This document shows positions 1 to 12,498 of a DNA stretch of 64,000 bases, piece after piece; positions within the stretch are counted from its first letter, which is position 1; every line of letters starts with the position of its first letter. A program made the translations under genes and the position numbers. The notes beneath the pieces are model-generated. The model saw nothing but the letters and a program-made list of their open reading frames with translations, ran no database searches and had not been told where the DNA came from. Origin of the DNA: Oopsacas minuta (Eukaryota; Animalia; Porifera); assembly GCA_024704765.1 (NCBI GenBank), contig JAKMXF010000356.1:62001-126000 (forward strand), read 5' to 3'.

Positions 1-430
1 TGATATTTTCTAATGTGCTTGAATTAACATATACATTCCAAACTATTGAAATTCAGTCATTCAATTACTCAGATCTTCTTTTGTTGTACTTTTGCGAATT
101 ATTGCGTCAAAATATTTGGAATTTGAAAACTTTTCACCATCCCGCTTCGCATACCCACGGCAATTCTGTTTCCAATTCGTAACCATTCTTTTGTGTCGGA
201 ACAGAGGAATTCCTGTACACTCTACAAAGTAACAATATAGGACCAGAGGGAGTCACATGACAGAATATTCTGCTTCAAAGTAATAGACTATTATTATAGC
301 ATTTAATGAATATTCTATCAGCAAATACACTACATAACTATAATACTGTCTACATAATACATATCAATTAGCACTGTTGCACTACAGCTAGAACCTACAA
401 TACTAGCAACTAGAGCCGAGTAATTATTCC

Positions 431-1908
431 TTATAGCTTAGCATAGAAACAGATTGCTTCGTTCTTGGCTTTAAAGTCGAACTGAACATAATACTTCACA
501 AACAGTGGTACACCGAATGACCAATCGAAGTCCTCGCCAAAATCATTTAACTTGATGGTTGAGAAACACTCCCTGTCATCTTCTTGGATGTAATATTTAG
601 CTTCCAAAGTAATCAAATGTTTACCAAACATTATTTCAATAGCAGGAGTGGATTCTCTTGTCTTGCAGTCCACTAAACCATCATCACCAGGTTCTATAGG
701 AATATAATTGAGTGCATAAATCTCAAATATACTCTCTCTCTCTCTCTCTCTCTATTTAATTATGAATCAACATTTCTTGGATGAATAGTGTAAACATATT
801 GTTATACTCAAAATAGTAAAGTACCAACTTACTCAGAATGGAATTTATTTTATCCAGAAAATTTTTTTGGACATGCATATCAGCATTTCCTGTATCAAGG
901 AGTGCTATGCATTTATTTATATCTTTGCCACAGAAGAATTCTTCTCCTAACTTAAGACTGGTCATTTTTGTTCTAGTTTTTCCACCAGCTATCATTTTTG
1001 CCTTAACCCCATCTATTTTAAGATTTACAAGCTTTTCATTGTGACCTCCGAATGTAATCTCTCCTCCGTCTACTGCGGTTGCTCCCCCTTTCAAATAAAT
1101 TGAATAGGATGGTTCCTTAATTAGTTTCTGTTTAATCATATAATAGATTATTGACGGTTCTCCATCACCCAGATACATGTTGAGACCTATATTCATGTAA
1201 ACAAGCTAACATTATTCACTAATTAACCGTGTTAGAGCCTCACTTTTGATAGGTTAAGACATTTTGACAGGTTTCGACACAAACCTGACTTAATTGACTT
1301 ACCCATTATTCCATCGTAACCCTCATACTCATCATTAACTTCACCAGCTGCACCAAACATCACATCTTTGACTATAAGTTTTGTTGCCAAATGAATTTCG
1401 TCTGCTACTTTAACACCAGATACTTCTCCATCCGCATACCCTATTTTGAATATTTTATACTCCTTGTCTTCTTCCAGTTCGTATTTAGCATGTCCCTCAC
1501 AATTTTCATCTTCTTCATCCAAGCACTCATCACTAAATACCCATAAGATGTCAGCTCCTGTATCTAAGAGAACCTAAGTGTGTATATATATTGTAAATCA
1601 CGAGACTATATTCTATACTACAAACTTTAACTCACTTTGAATGCTTGTTGTTTTTTACCTATTTTTATCGTTATAATGTATCTCATAGCATCATCCAAAT
1701 TGTTTACAAGTGCAGCATCCATAATCCCAGATAGCTTAACTTCACATTTGCTTTGATTAGACATCAATTTGCAGAATCTATCTCGCGGATGTATTACATC
1801 AAAATTTACAGAAAATATTCTGTCATTTTCTTCCGCTCCTGGTTTGGAGGCTACGTATCCCAGAGATAACGTCACAATGATACAGAGCAAGCACACACGA
1901 GAATACAT
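431..1908 (-). CDS. Pepsin/cathepsin-like aspartic protease (family A1), copy 1; exons 1908-1636, 1573-1303, 1186-833, 693-431
   Basis: Signal peptide MYSRVCLLCIIVTLSLG. Spliced N-lobe VLLDTGADILW, flap Tyr (KIGYADG), C-lobe ALLDTGN, C-terminal WSFGVPLFVKYYVQFDF. GT-AG junctions keep the frame. Confidence 0.85.
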
Positions 1909-3144
1909 ATTTTAAGATAGGTTAGATCTACGAATTCTTTTCTCGTATTTATATATTCACTGGAAAAATAGATTTGTGAGTGTTATGATCGGACTTTGAA
2001 TCCATTGATGTAATGAAAGACAATCAAAAAAGTGATAATCTGAAGATATTTTTGAATTTTGGTGAAAATTCTCGCATCTTTTGTAAATAATTCATCCATT
2101 TATGTGTTTTAGAATTCAAAAAGTGTTTATTTGGCGTTTCTACAAATTCTATTCTCGTATTTCTACACATTTATAGATCTGTATTCAACCTATATTGTAC
2201 CTCTCTGTGGAATATTTCACAAGATAATACTTACATCACTTGATTTGATTTACATATTTTCTTTTGGATATCTTATACAGTTTGGTTTGTGGTCAGTGTA
2301 ATGTATTTCAAAACAATACCACTATGCTTTAAGGAAGTAGAAGACAAGATATACGTACATTATATGCTCAATTCTCCATCCAACCCATACACAATTCTCG
2401 AATTATTTCAACACAAACAGTCTGAGATAATTCCCTAGATATGAAGCTAAGAACTAAAAGTTTGTCAACTAATATTGAATTGTAATGAGTAGATAGGTTT
2501 AATGAATATTCTATCAGCAAATACACTACATAACTATAATACTGTCTACATAATACATGTCAATTAGCACTGTTACACTACAGCTAGAACCAAAGCAAGT
2601 GACAAGGCCTTTTTAGCACGATTTTGTGAGATCATGCCACATGGTTTCCAATTTCTTGGCATTTTCCACATACCCTTAGGCCCCTCAATCACGGTGCAAC
2701 ATGTTGCACCGTGTATGTTGCCATATTACATATTCCTGAGGCATTCTTGCGTTGCTAGTGAAAATATTTCTCTCCAAATATGGTCAAGAGACCACTTAAC
2801 TAAGTCCACTTGATCAGTGTCTCGATTCACTAAGGAACGAGACAGGAGATCTTATTAATGGTCGAAATTGTATTTTAGTTTCTAACTGACTTTACATGTA
2901 ATAATCACTACTAACAAATTCTAAAGAATTTTTCAGCGGGGATTATCCAAAATTCAAAATCAATTGATTGAGTACAGATAATGCAAATAGACGGTTGAAT
3001 GATACTTTTCTAACTGACTTTCCACTATATGAATATACTCAACACCCGATTAACTACCTTCACACTCATTGTTCTCACAGAGGTAAGAAAAATGTATAAA
3101 AACGTGAGAATAGAGTATAACACATATTCACTTTATCTATCAGG

Positions 3145-4919
3145 ATGTATTCTCGTGTGTGTTTACTCTGTATCATTGTGATATTATCTATAGGACACGT
3201 GGTATGCAAAGCAGGAGTGAGAAAGAATGCCGAAAAATTCTGTATGAATTTTGATATCATCTACCCCCTAGATGATAAATGTGAAAGAATGTCTAATCAA
3301 AGCGAATCCGAAGTCGACCTGTTTGGGATTGTGGACAAAACTCAGCTTGAAAATATCCATAATGGAGTAAGATATATAACAAATATTCAAATCGGTGATC
3401 AGGATTTCTAAGTGAGTTATTTGCAGTTCTTCGCTTGTAGGCAACATCTTTGCAGATTGTTGTTTAGCTGCAAAATAATGAAATATATTTACTACATATC
3501 ATCTTAGGTGCAGGTTGACACTGATCGGATCTGTTATGGGTATTTGGAGACGAATGTTTGGATAAAGAGAGTAAGAATTGTAAAGGACACACCAAATATG
3601 TTGTGGACAAAAAGGAGAAGTATAAACCTTTTAAAATTGAATATGGAGAAGGTGATGTTGAAGGTAAAGAAATCACAAAGGATGTTAAAATCACAGACAA
3701 ATTCACAGTGGAAAAGCAGCTGTTTGGTGCTGCTAGTAAAGTTGGGTTGAAATCTACAGGCTTGGATGATGTGATGGGTGAGTTATTACTGTACTGAGTA
3801 TATATTAATGTTACTATCCTGTTCACACCTTTAGAGATTTTGACACCAAATTTGGTATGTATACTCGTAGTGAGCTCTAGTTATGCATCTAGCCTCAGAA
3901 ATATTCTTATGTATATATTTCATACTTTTTCACACCTTTTCATTTTTAGCCAATCAGAATGTAGGCTTTTATTGCGTGTGTCGGCACAGGCTGTAATTTG
4001 TATTCAAGTTGAATTAATCATATGGACACATTGAGACACAAGTAACTTAATTATATCCCTACAGGCCTAGACTTGTACATGTTAGATGGTCATCCTTCTG
4101 TATTCAATAACATGATTAAACAGGAACTAATTAAGGATCCAATTCTTGGTGTACTTGTTACGGAGGAGCAGCTAAAAAAAGGGGGCGAGCTGATGTTTGG
4201 AGGTACCGATGAATGGGAATATATAGAGGATACCGGGGTTAAGGCAAAGATGCACACTGGTGGATTAACAACAACTACAATGACAAGTCTCACGTTTGAT
4301 AAAGTTACATATTGCGGGGAGGAAAAGAAGGCTTGCAACGTGGTAGTTGATCTTGGATGTTCTGATATTTATGGACCGAAAGAGTTTGTGGATGCTGTTA
4401 ACAAGATTATAGGTAATAATACACAATATGTCTGCTGCAGTATAATTTGTATTTGAGGCCTGTTCCCACTTAACCGACACTTTTTTTGAAGGGATAATCC
4501 TGTGATGACACCTTTTGGATGGGAACATATTAATAATCATGTACTAATTTAATTAAGGTCTCACTGGCGACACTTTAGCCCTTCGTAACTGCTGAATTAG
4601 CACTTTTAGGTCGCAGAAATAACTTGCAACGAATGCATACTGTTACTTTATTTAATTATTATGTGTAGTGCCTGAGGGTGATGTAGTGGACTGTGATTTA
4701 AGAGATTCAACACCGGCTATTGAAATAAAGTTTGGAGAACAAACAATAACTTTGGAAGCCGAGTATTATATCAAACAAATCCGAACGACATGTTACACAA
4801 CTATATTTATTGATGAAGAGGAGATTGACTGGCAATTTGGTCTTCCATTCTTTGTCAAGTATTACATAGCATTCGACTTTACAGACAAGGAAGAAGCTAT
4901 CTGTTTCTTTGAAAAGTAA
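3145..4919 (+). pseudogene. Aspartic protease copy 2, disrupted; exons 3145-3411, 3508-3777, 4065-4412, 4669-4919
   Basis: Same exon layout as copies 1 and 3. The last codon of exon 1 is TAA (3409-3411) where paralogs have AAA. Exon 2 is 270 nt versus 271, with the missing base in the catalytic DTG (GAC ACT GA, 3517-3524). The second motif reads DLG (4349-4357). Confidence 0.8.
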
Positions 4920-5365
4920 TAATTCCTAGCTACAAACAGCTCGCTCTATCTTTTAACAACTAACAATTTAGTATTGTAGGTTCTAGCTGTAGTGTAACAG
5001 TGCTAATTGATATGTATTATGTAGACAGTATTGTAGTTATGTAGTGTATTTACTGATTGTATATTCATTAAATGATATCACCATAGTACATTTCTATTAT
5101 TTTGAAGCAGAATATTCTGTCATATGACTTCCTCTGGTCCTATATGGTTACTTTGTAGAGTGTACAGGAAATCCTCTGTTCTGACACAAAAGAATAGTTT
5201 ACGGATTAGAGACAGGGTTGCCGTGGGCATGCGAAGCGGGATGGTGGAAAGTTTTCAAATTCCAAATATTTCAACGCAATAATTCGCAAAAAGTATAACA
5301 AAAGAACATCTGAGTAATTGAATGATTGAATTTCAATAGTTTCGAATGTATAGGTTAATTGAAGC
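4920..5365 (+). repeat. 3' flank of protease copy 2, an inverted copy of 18-430 (3' flank of copy 1); partial copies at 2499-2592 and 7020-7128
   Basis: Shared blocks such as gtattgtaggttctagctgtagtgtaacagtgctaattgat and cccgcttcgcat/atgcgaagcggg. Confidence 0.8.
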
Positions 5366-5425
5366 AAAATTTCGAATTTGACTTCTGAAAGGAAAAGAGA
5401 ACGGTTGAATACAGATTAGAATATT

Positions 5426-5590
5426 TCTAACTGACTTTACACTATATGAAAGGACTCAACACCCGAATAACCACCTTCACACTCATTGTTCTCACAGAGG
5501 TAAGAAAAATGTATAAAAACATGAGAATAGAGTATAACACATATTCACTTTATCTATCAAGATGTATTCTCGTGTGTGTTTACTCTGTAT
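5426..5590 (+). repeat. Duplicated upstream/promoter region shared by protease copies 2 (3009-3175) and 3
   Basis: ctaactgacttt...actcaacacccga...ccttcacactcattgttctcacagaggtaagaaaaatgtataaaaac...ttcactttatctatca is near-identical before both ATGs. Confidence 0.8.
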
Positions 5591-6977
5591 CATTGTGACG
5601 TTATCTCTGGGATACGTAGCCTCCAAACCAGGAGTAGAAGAGAATAAGAAAATATTTTCTGTTAGTTTAGATGTAATAAATCCTCGAGATAGGAACTGTA
5701 AATTTATGTCTAATCAAAGCAAATGTGAAGTAGACTTATCTGGGGTTAAAAACAGTGTAACCGTTGCAAACAGGGATGATGGAATGTTTTATGTAATGAC
5801 AATACAAATCGGTGAAGCTAAACAAGCATTTAAAGTAAGTTATCTATCATAATTTGTACGAACAGTAGAACTCAGATAAAATGTAGGGGCTACGTCTTAT
5901 ACGAATTCTACTGTAAGATGCTAAATGTTTAGGTGCAAATAGACACAGGATCAAGTCTTTTGTGGGTATTTGGGAGTAATTGTTTGGATGACGAAAGCGA
6001 TTATTGTAAAGGACATCCTAAGTACGTACTAGAAAAGGATAAGGAATATGAAGATTTCTCAATTGAATATGAAAGTGGGGAGACATCAGGAAAAGAAGTC
6101 ACAGATGTTGTTCATGTTACAGACGAAATTGGAATACAAGATATGCTGTTTGGTGCAGCTGGTGAGGTTGGAGAGGAGTATGAGGGTCATGATGGAGTAA
6201 TGGGTGAGTTATTGATTTTCGAATTACAAAATTCTAATTAAAACTGGCAAAACAATTTGAATGTATTTGTTCAGGTCTGAACATCGCTATTCCAGGAAGA
6301 TACCCTTCTGTAATCTCCAAAATGATAGAACAGGACCTAATCACGGCACCTGCTTTTGCGCTTTATCTGAATGGGGGAAAGTCTTCAGAAGATGGAGGAG
6401 AGATAACATTCGGAGGCCACAATGAAGATCTGGTAGGTTCAGGTAGCAGTGTGATGACAGAAATACTACGTTATGACATAATGGTAAAAATGACAAGTCT
6501 TAAGTTAGGGGAAGAGTTGTACTGTAGACCTCGCGCACGTGGATGTAGACTGATAATAGATTCAGGCAGTTCAGAAATGTCTGCACCGTTAGCATTTGTC
6601 ACGAAACTACACACAGAAATAAGTAATTACATTTTGTATTGCCTTACATATATCCAGCTGATGTTTGTTTATTTGTTTGTTTTGTATCTATAGAGGCTGG
6701 TGAGCATCGCATTGTTGATTGCGATGAGATCGAGAATTTCCCAACTATTGAAATAATGTTTGGTGAATCACTGCTGACGATAGAATCCAAGTATTATATT
6801 GGAGTGGAGGAAAAAGAGGATGAAAAAGTGGTTGAAAGGTTGTGCTATAGTCTATTTGTAAAAACTGATGAAGATGAATACGACTGGTTGTTTGGAGTTC
6901 CAATATTTGTTAAGTATTACATTGAATTCGACTATACAAAAAGTAATGAACATATTACTTTCTGGACAAAAAAATAA
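5562..6977 (+). CDS. Aspartic protease copy 3; exons 5562-5834, 5933-6203, 6275-6622, 6694-6977
   Basis: Signal peptide, QIDTGSSLLW and IIDSGSSEM catalytic motifs, flap SIEYESG. Intron positions and phases match copy 1. Confidence 0.85.
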
Positions 6978-7140
6978 TCCTCGCTCGCTATAAACTGCTC
7001 GCTCTATCATCTAACAAAATATTTAGTATTGTAGGTTGTAGCTATAGTGTAACAGTGCTAATTGATACTGTATTATGTAGACAGTATTATAGTTATGTAG
7101 TGAATTTGCTGTTAGTATATTCATTAAAACTTTTATTAGT

Positions 7141-7646
7141 GTTGCAGTCCAACTGCGAATTTGGCCATTCGCGAATTGACCAACACAACTGCCTATTCGC
7201 GAATAGACCAATTTGAATTGGTCCGAGTGCGAATTTGTTCTTTCTGTGTGGTCAAGACTAATTGTCATACATATAAACCCTTATATGCTTTCTGGAACCA
7301 GTTACTATTTCGCTGAATGCAGTAATAGTAGTTTATATTTGTTATTTTGTATTGCTTATTGCGTATTTCATTAATGTGTGTTAATCAAGGTGAACTGCAT
7401 TACCACTTTCATTTGCTTCTGCTGGTTTGCCTTATTACCTTGATTTTTGGAAGCGATTAACATTGGGACGGACAGGGATTAATTAATATATTGACAAGCA
7501 ATAAATTGTATATAGCATGACCTTATCTAGATATTTTAACGATTATGTGTAAATCTAAAAATAATTCGCACTCGGACCAATTCAAATTGGTCTATTCGCG
7601 AATAGGCAGTTGTGTTGGTGGGCCAAATTCGCAGTTGGATTGCAAC
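7141..7646. mobile_element. MITE-like element with ~90-bp terminal inverted repeats
   Basis: 7141-7235 (gttgcagtccaactgcgaatttggcc...gaatagaccaatttgaattggtccgagtgcgaatt) is the reverse complement of 7563-7646. Non-coding AT-rich interior; no clear TSD. Confidence 0.7.
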
Positions 7647-8414
7647 ATTAGCATACCATTTTATGTCACAATTGGTAGTGGCATAACCACTCACAGTTCC
7701 CTTTCCCCGAAAAATTGTGTCTCAGGACAATTGATTTGTTCTCATTTATTGATCTGTGAAAACAATAATAATAGACTATTAACAATTAACACTATTCATA
7801 TGATACCACAGAAATATTAATAACAAACCTCTATTGTAATATTTACATAGAATTCTATAGGATTATTGTTATTGTTTTTGTGTGTTGTTTGTATACAAAA
7901 CTGAGTATAAATACTAATAAACATGATTGAGAGATAAATTGATTACTTTGAATAGAAACCTTAGATTTTTGTGTAAGTTCCTATTTCCTATTTTAGACTT
8001 CTCTTGACTGGTTTCATTCCACTTTTATGTGATTATATTATTAGGCATAATTGGACTATTTATTAGGGGCTAATTTTCAAAATTCATATACGAAATTCGA
8101 CAATTACTTTTTGCCATCTGTTCCCCTCGTACATACTTCATTCTTTGTCACGTTCCTACGTTACAAAACGCGAAATTCATGAGAATTCGTACTCTCCGCC
8201 CCGTATTACACTTTTTGTAGTTTGAAAGATAGGGCTGTCCCCTTGTGAATTTTATTTAAGTAACGTTTTAACAGTAAAATATGGGACTTTCGACTCCAAA
8301 GGGGGCTTACGAGTTACGACTATACCTCATGGTTCGATCCAGCCCTCATTTCACTGGGGCAAGATCAAATCCTCCTTGTCTGTTTTATTTTATTCTATTT
8401 TTAACAGATATCTA

Positions 8415-9188
8415 ATGGCCGCAGATTTAATCTTTCGTCTCTCCTTCATTTTCCTGAATCTACTCATCGGAGCTGCGGCTACTACCCTCATAATCGTTGG
8501 AGGCATATTCCTGTCCATGTCCCAAGCATTCCTTGGCACAATTAGCACCTCTTCAATTGAGACATTTGTCCTCGCTGTGCTGGTCAATTCTTCCATACTA
8601 TTCATTATCGTAGGCGCCATTATTTTGATAATCGTAGTTATTGGAGTTATAGGCTCAATCAAACATAAATTTTGCGGGATTTTGCTAATCATATATTGCA
8701 TAGCTATCGCCTTTTTGGTTGTTCTGCAGATCATTCTTGTTATTGTCCTTACAGTCCGGAGTGCGGACGCTAAGAGCTATCTCCAAAACAATGTAACAGA
8801 CATTCTCCTTGTCGGTCTACAGAACGACACGCTCTTACAAGAAGGTCTCAGTCAATTGGAGAATTTCCTACAATGTTGCGGACTGACGGCCACATATCGT
8901 GACTATACATCAAGTGCTATTGACATTCCTGAGAGTTGTAACTGCACTACCAACACGGACAATTCTGCATGTACTGCGATTACCTCAAACTTACCTTTCA
9001 ATAGTAATAACCTAACAAGTGTATATGCAACTAGTTGTGTAGATGATATCATATCACACCTCGACGATCCAAGCTTGCAGTACGGCTTGGCGGCAGGCGC
9101 GATCGCTATTGTTACCATAGAAGTTTTACTGGTTTTATTCGCTGTTTGTATGATTTTCCTTGATTTCAAGAAGGACAGCAGCGATTGA
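8415..9188 (+). CDS. Tetraspanin, single exon
   Basis: Four hydrophobic segments; large loop with LQCCG, PESCNC and two further Cys. Likely start is ATG 8415 (the ORF track begins at a non-ATG codon). Confidence 0.9.
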   Translation: MAADLIFRLSFIFLNLLIGAAATTLIIVGGIFLSMSQAFLGTISTSSIETFVLAVLVNSSILFIIVGAIILIIVVIGVIGSIKHKFCGILLIIYCIAIAFLVVLQIILVIVLTVRSADAKSYLQNNVTDILLVGLQNDTLLQEGLSQLENFLQCCGLTATYRDYTSSAIDIPESCNCTTNTDNSACTAITSNLPFNSNNLTSVYATSCVDDIISHLDDPSLQYGLAAGAIAIVTIEVLLVLFAVCMIFLDFKKDSSD

Positions 9189-9583
9189 GGTGTTATATCT
9201 ATCAACATTCCAATCACATACCATTATCACTACCCTGTTAATTTGTTATATTTCACTTTGAACTATTTTTATCTGACTATCACTACTTGTTACTTATTTT
9301 ATTCTATTCAAAACTTATTATGTTATCCCATTTCACTATTTGTTTATTGAACAATCTACATACCAACTGTCCCGGTTTATCTCCCGGACAGTAGAACATT
9401 CCATCTGTTACTATAAATAGAATTCAATCAAATATGCTGGGTATAAGCACCATCCTCTGTAAACAGTTCTCTTATATTCGTGTATGCTATACAGGTTATA
9501 AGAACACGTGTTGATACACCCAAGGGTGTTCTTGTACCGGTATCTACTGTATCTTCATGTTTATGTTTACGTTAGCCAGTGAT

Positions 9584-10534
9584 ATGATTCTCTATAAACA
9601 CCTTGCCATAATTCTGCTTACACTAATTTTCGTGTATAAGTCTAATGCATTTGGTTCATATTTTTATTGTAAGTTTAATGAGTGTTGTGAAGAACCATGG
9701 ATAATAAATAATATTACAAATCTCACACTGAGTTTGAAACTTAATGTGTTTGGACAACATTTGGTGCAGAATTCTCTCCCCAAATTAATCAAAGGTCATC
9801 TCAATAATCCAAAACCTCTTAAACCGTTGGTCCTATCTTTTCATGGGTGGACTGGGACTGGGAAAACGTGGGTCAGTAAGCTGATAACTGAAAGTTTGTA
9901 TACTGAAGGATTGAATTCGAAATTCGTTAAATTTATTCCAGTCCCCCATTTCTTCAGAGATACACTACGTACCAGAGAGTTAGCTGAAAACTTACATCAC
10001 AAGATGATGCGTAGCTTAGAAACTTGTCCGCATACACTGTTTATATTTGAAGATATTCAATATATGAATCCACGAATTCTAGATGAATTGGTTATGTATC
10101 TGAACTATCCACAGCCACTAGCGGGGATAGATTTCACTAAAGCTATTTACATCTTTTTAAGCAATTCTGGAGCGACCAAAATCAATGATTATGCAGCAGA
10201 GCAATTTATGGGAGGGAGGAGGCGTGAATCGATTAGTTTAGGTGAGATGCACCAAATCATTAGCGATAAGATCTATAGTGAGGATGGAGCATTTAAGAAT
10301 ACAGATTTCGTAAAGAGACAGGTCATTGATGCTTCTATCCCATTCCTACCCCTAGAGAAGGGCCATATAAAGGATTGTATTAAGAGGGCCATATTGGGCC
10401 GTGGGGAATTCCCTTATGAGTCTATTATTAAGAAGGTGTTAAAAGATGTTAGATTTGTACCTGAGGGTATTGAAAGGTTCGCTGAAGTTGGGTGTAAGCG
10501 AATTGATCAAATCATTACTGATTATCTGGAATAA
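9584..10534 (+). CDS. TOR1: Torsin-family ER AAA+ ATPase, single exon
   Basis: Signal/hydrophobic N-terminus, ECC, GQHLV, Walker A SFHGWTGTGKT, Walker B FIFEDI, YIFLSNSG, PFLPLE, GCKRI. Start is 9557 or 9584. Confidence 0.92.
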   Translation: MILYKHLAIILLTLIFVYKSNAFGSYFYCKFNECCEEPWIINNITNLTLSLKLNVFGQHLVQNSLPKLIKGHLNNPKPLKPLVLSFHGWTGTGKTWVSKLITESLYTEGLNSKFVKFIPVPHFFRDTLRTRELAENLHHKMMRSLETCPHTLFIFEDIQYMNPRILDELVMYLNYPQPLAGIDFTKAIYIFLSNSGATKINDYAAEQFMGGRRRESISLGEMHQIISDKIYSEDGAFKNTDFVKRQVIDASIPFLPLEKGHIKDCIKRAILGRGEFPYESIIKKVLKDVRFVPEGIERFAEVGCKRIDQIITDYLE

Positions 10535-10791
10535 TTTATTCTATTTTTATTGTTATAAATTTGTTGTAAAGCTTGTAATAAGAATTTGTATTTTTAGTTT
10601 TGCTGTAACATTTTGTGATATTTAAGAATTTGTATTTCCTAGGCTACTAATCCTGGACCGTGTTCCCTCTGAGTAATCCGGGTAACACCCACCCCCTTCA
10701 GGTGTGTTGCCCCCGAATTATAGAGGGAACACTGATCCTTGAAATAGTGCCTATTAATTTCTATTTATACTTTTCCCCTCCTGTTAGCGTT

Positions 10792-12261
10792 ATGTTATCC
10801 AATCATCTTCCAGCGTATCTACTACAGATTATATGCCTACTAATCATAATCCTGAAAACGATACTCATAGCAACCTGCGTATTCTATTGGTTCAAAGTCA
10901 AGCGTTACGTCACGCGCCATAAATCACCTATAACTAGCACAAATCCGCGGGCAATCAAAATCGCGTTTTTCCATCCATACTGTAATGGTGGTGGAGGTGG
11001 TGAGCGGGTGTTATGGCAGACAATTCACGCCATACAGATTAAATACCCAGCTGTTGTTTGTGTTGTGTACACGTGTGATAATATCAACCTCAAAGATTTG
11101 TTAGATAACATCAGTAGAGCATTCTACATAGATTTATTACCAAATATAGAACTAGTATACCTTAACGGTATCAGGTATATAGAACCCAAGACATACCCCA
11201 GATTCACTATCCTGTTACAGAATCTTGGGTCGCTATTATTAGCACATGAAGCACTACATAAATTCCAACCTGACATATTCGTTGATACGATAGGGTATGC
11301 ATTCACTATACCATATTTCAAAGTATTCGGGCGAGCAGCTACGTGTTGCTATGTCCATTACCCAACGGTTAGTACAGATATGCTGGAGAAGGTAAAATCA
11401 AGAAAAGATTCTTTCAATAATGATACTAAAATTAGCACAAGTGTCATACTGACTAACCTAAAGATATTGTACTATAGGACATTTGGGTATATTTATGGTT
11501 TTGCTGGACTAAGATCGGATGTTACCCTTGTTAATTCTTCTTGGACCAAGGGTCATATTGATGCCATATGGGGACCCAGGGCCAACGCGGAAATTGTGTA
11601 CCCTCCGTGTGATACTAGCACGTTCTCGGGGTTGCATTTGACGCGACAGAAGCCAGAGGATCGATTCATAATCTGCTCGCTCGGACAGTTTAGACCCGAG
11701 AAGAATCATGCATGCCAAATCCGTGCGTTTAATATTTTCCTACAGGGTCTTGATGAGGTGTCAAGTGGATTATGTGAACTACATATGATCGGCAGCTGTA
11801 GAGACCATGACGACATACGGCGTGTACAGGAACTGAAACTATTATCTGAATCATTAGGAATAGAACGAAGAGTTAAGTTCCATATTAAACTTCCATTCAC
11901 TGAATTGTTGCAATGCCTAAGTGTCTGTGATGTTGCTATGCATACTATGGAAAATGAACATTTCGGGATAAGCCTAGTAGAAATGATGGCAGCAGGCTGC
12001 ATTATGATTGGTCACGATTCAGGCGGGCCAAAGTTTGATATCATATGTGATTATGAAGGTGACAAAACAGGATTCTTGGCGAAAGATGAGATTGGATTCG
12101 CTGAAAAGTTGAAAGAGGTCTATTTGATGAATTTAGAAGAGAGAATGGCGATCAGTTCGAATGGAAGAAAATATGTGTTAGATAAATTTTCAATTGACAC
12201 CTTTGAGAGAGAAATAATATTGAAAACAGAGCGATTATTCAACCAATCAATTGCTAGCTAA
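10792..12261 (+). CDS. ALG11: GDP-Man:Man3GlcNAc2-PP-Dol alpha-1,2-mannosyltransferase, single exon
   Basis: FFHPYCNGGGGGERVLW, YVHYPTVSTDML, VNSSWT, GQFRPEKNH, HTMENEHFGISLVEMMAAG, HDSGGP. Likely start at MLSNHL. Confidence 0.95.
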   Translation: MLSNHLPAYLLQIICLLIIILKTILIATCVFYWFKVKRYVTRHKSPITSTNPRAIKIAFFHPYCNGGGGGERVLWQTIHAIQIKYPAVVCVVYTCDNINLKDLLDNISRAFYIDLLPNIELVYLNGIRYIEPKTYPRFTILLQNLGSLLLAHEALHKFQPDIFVDTIGYAFTIPYFKVFGRAATCCYVHYPTVSTDMLEKVKSRKDSFNNDTKISTSVILTNLKILYYRTFGYIYGFAGLRSDVTLVNSSWTKGHIDAIWGPRANAEIVYPPCDTSTFSGLHLTRQKPEDRFIICSLGQFRPEKNHACQIRAFNIFLQGLDEVSSGLCELHMIGSCRDHDDIRRVQELKLLSESLGIERRVKFHIKLPFTELLQCLSVCDVAMHTMENEHFGISLVEMMAAGCIMIGHDSGGPKFDIICDYEGDKTGFLAKDEIGFAEKLKEVYLMNLEERMAISSNGRKYVLDKFSIDTFEREIILKTERLFNQSIAS

Positions 12262-12498
12262 GTTTCTATAATTCTGTATTTCTTTATTATTTTGATGATA
12301 CCAAAATATTGAGTTTTCTCTTTGATTGACATTTTGACACCTTGTTAGAGCTTGCCTAAAACTCCACAAACTGGGGCCTGTGGAAACGGGGGACTTCTGA
12401 AAATGGAGTGAAAATAAATACATTCAACTCCGGTTATATCGAACAAGGGTAAATAAATAAACCCGTAATATTCTGTTCTATTTATCGCATAAATTAGT

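Noticed and set aside
8331-8340. GGTTCGATCC Pol III B-box, possible tRNA
   Set aside because: No cloverleaf, acceptor stem or convincing A-box could be built around it.
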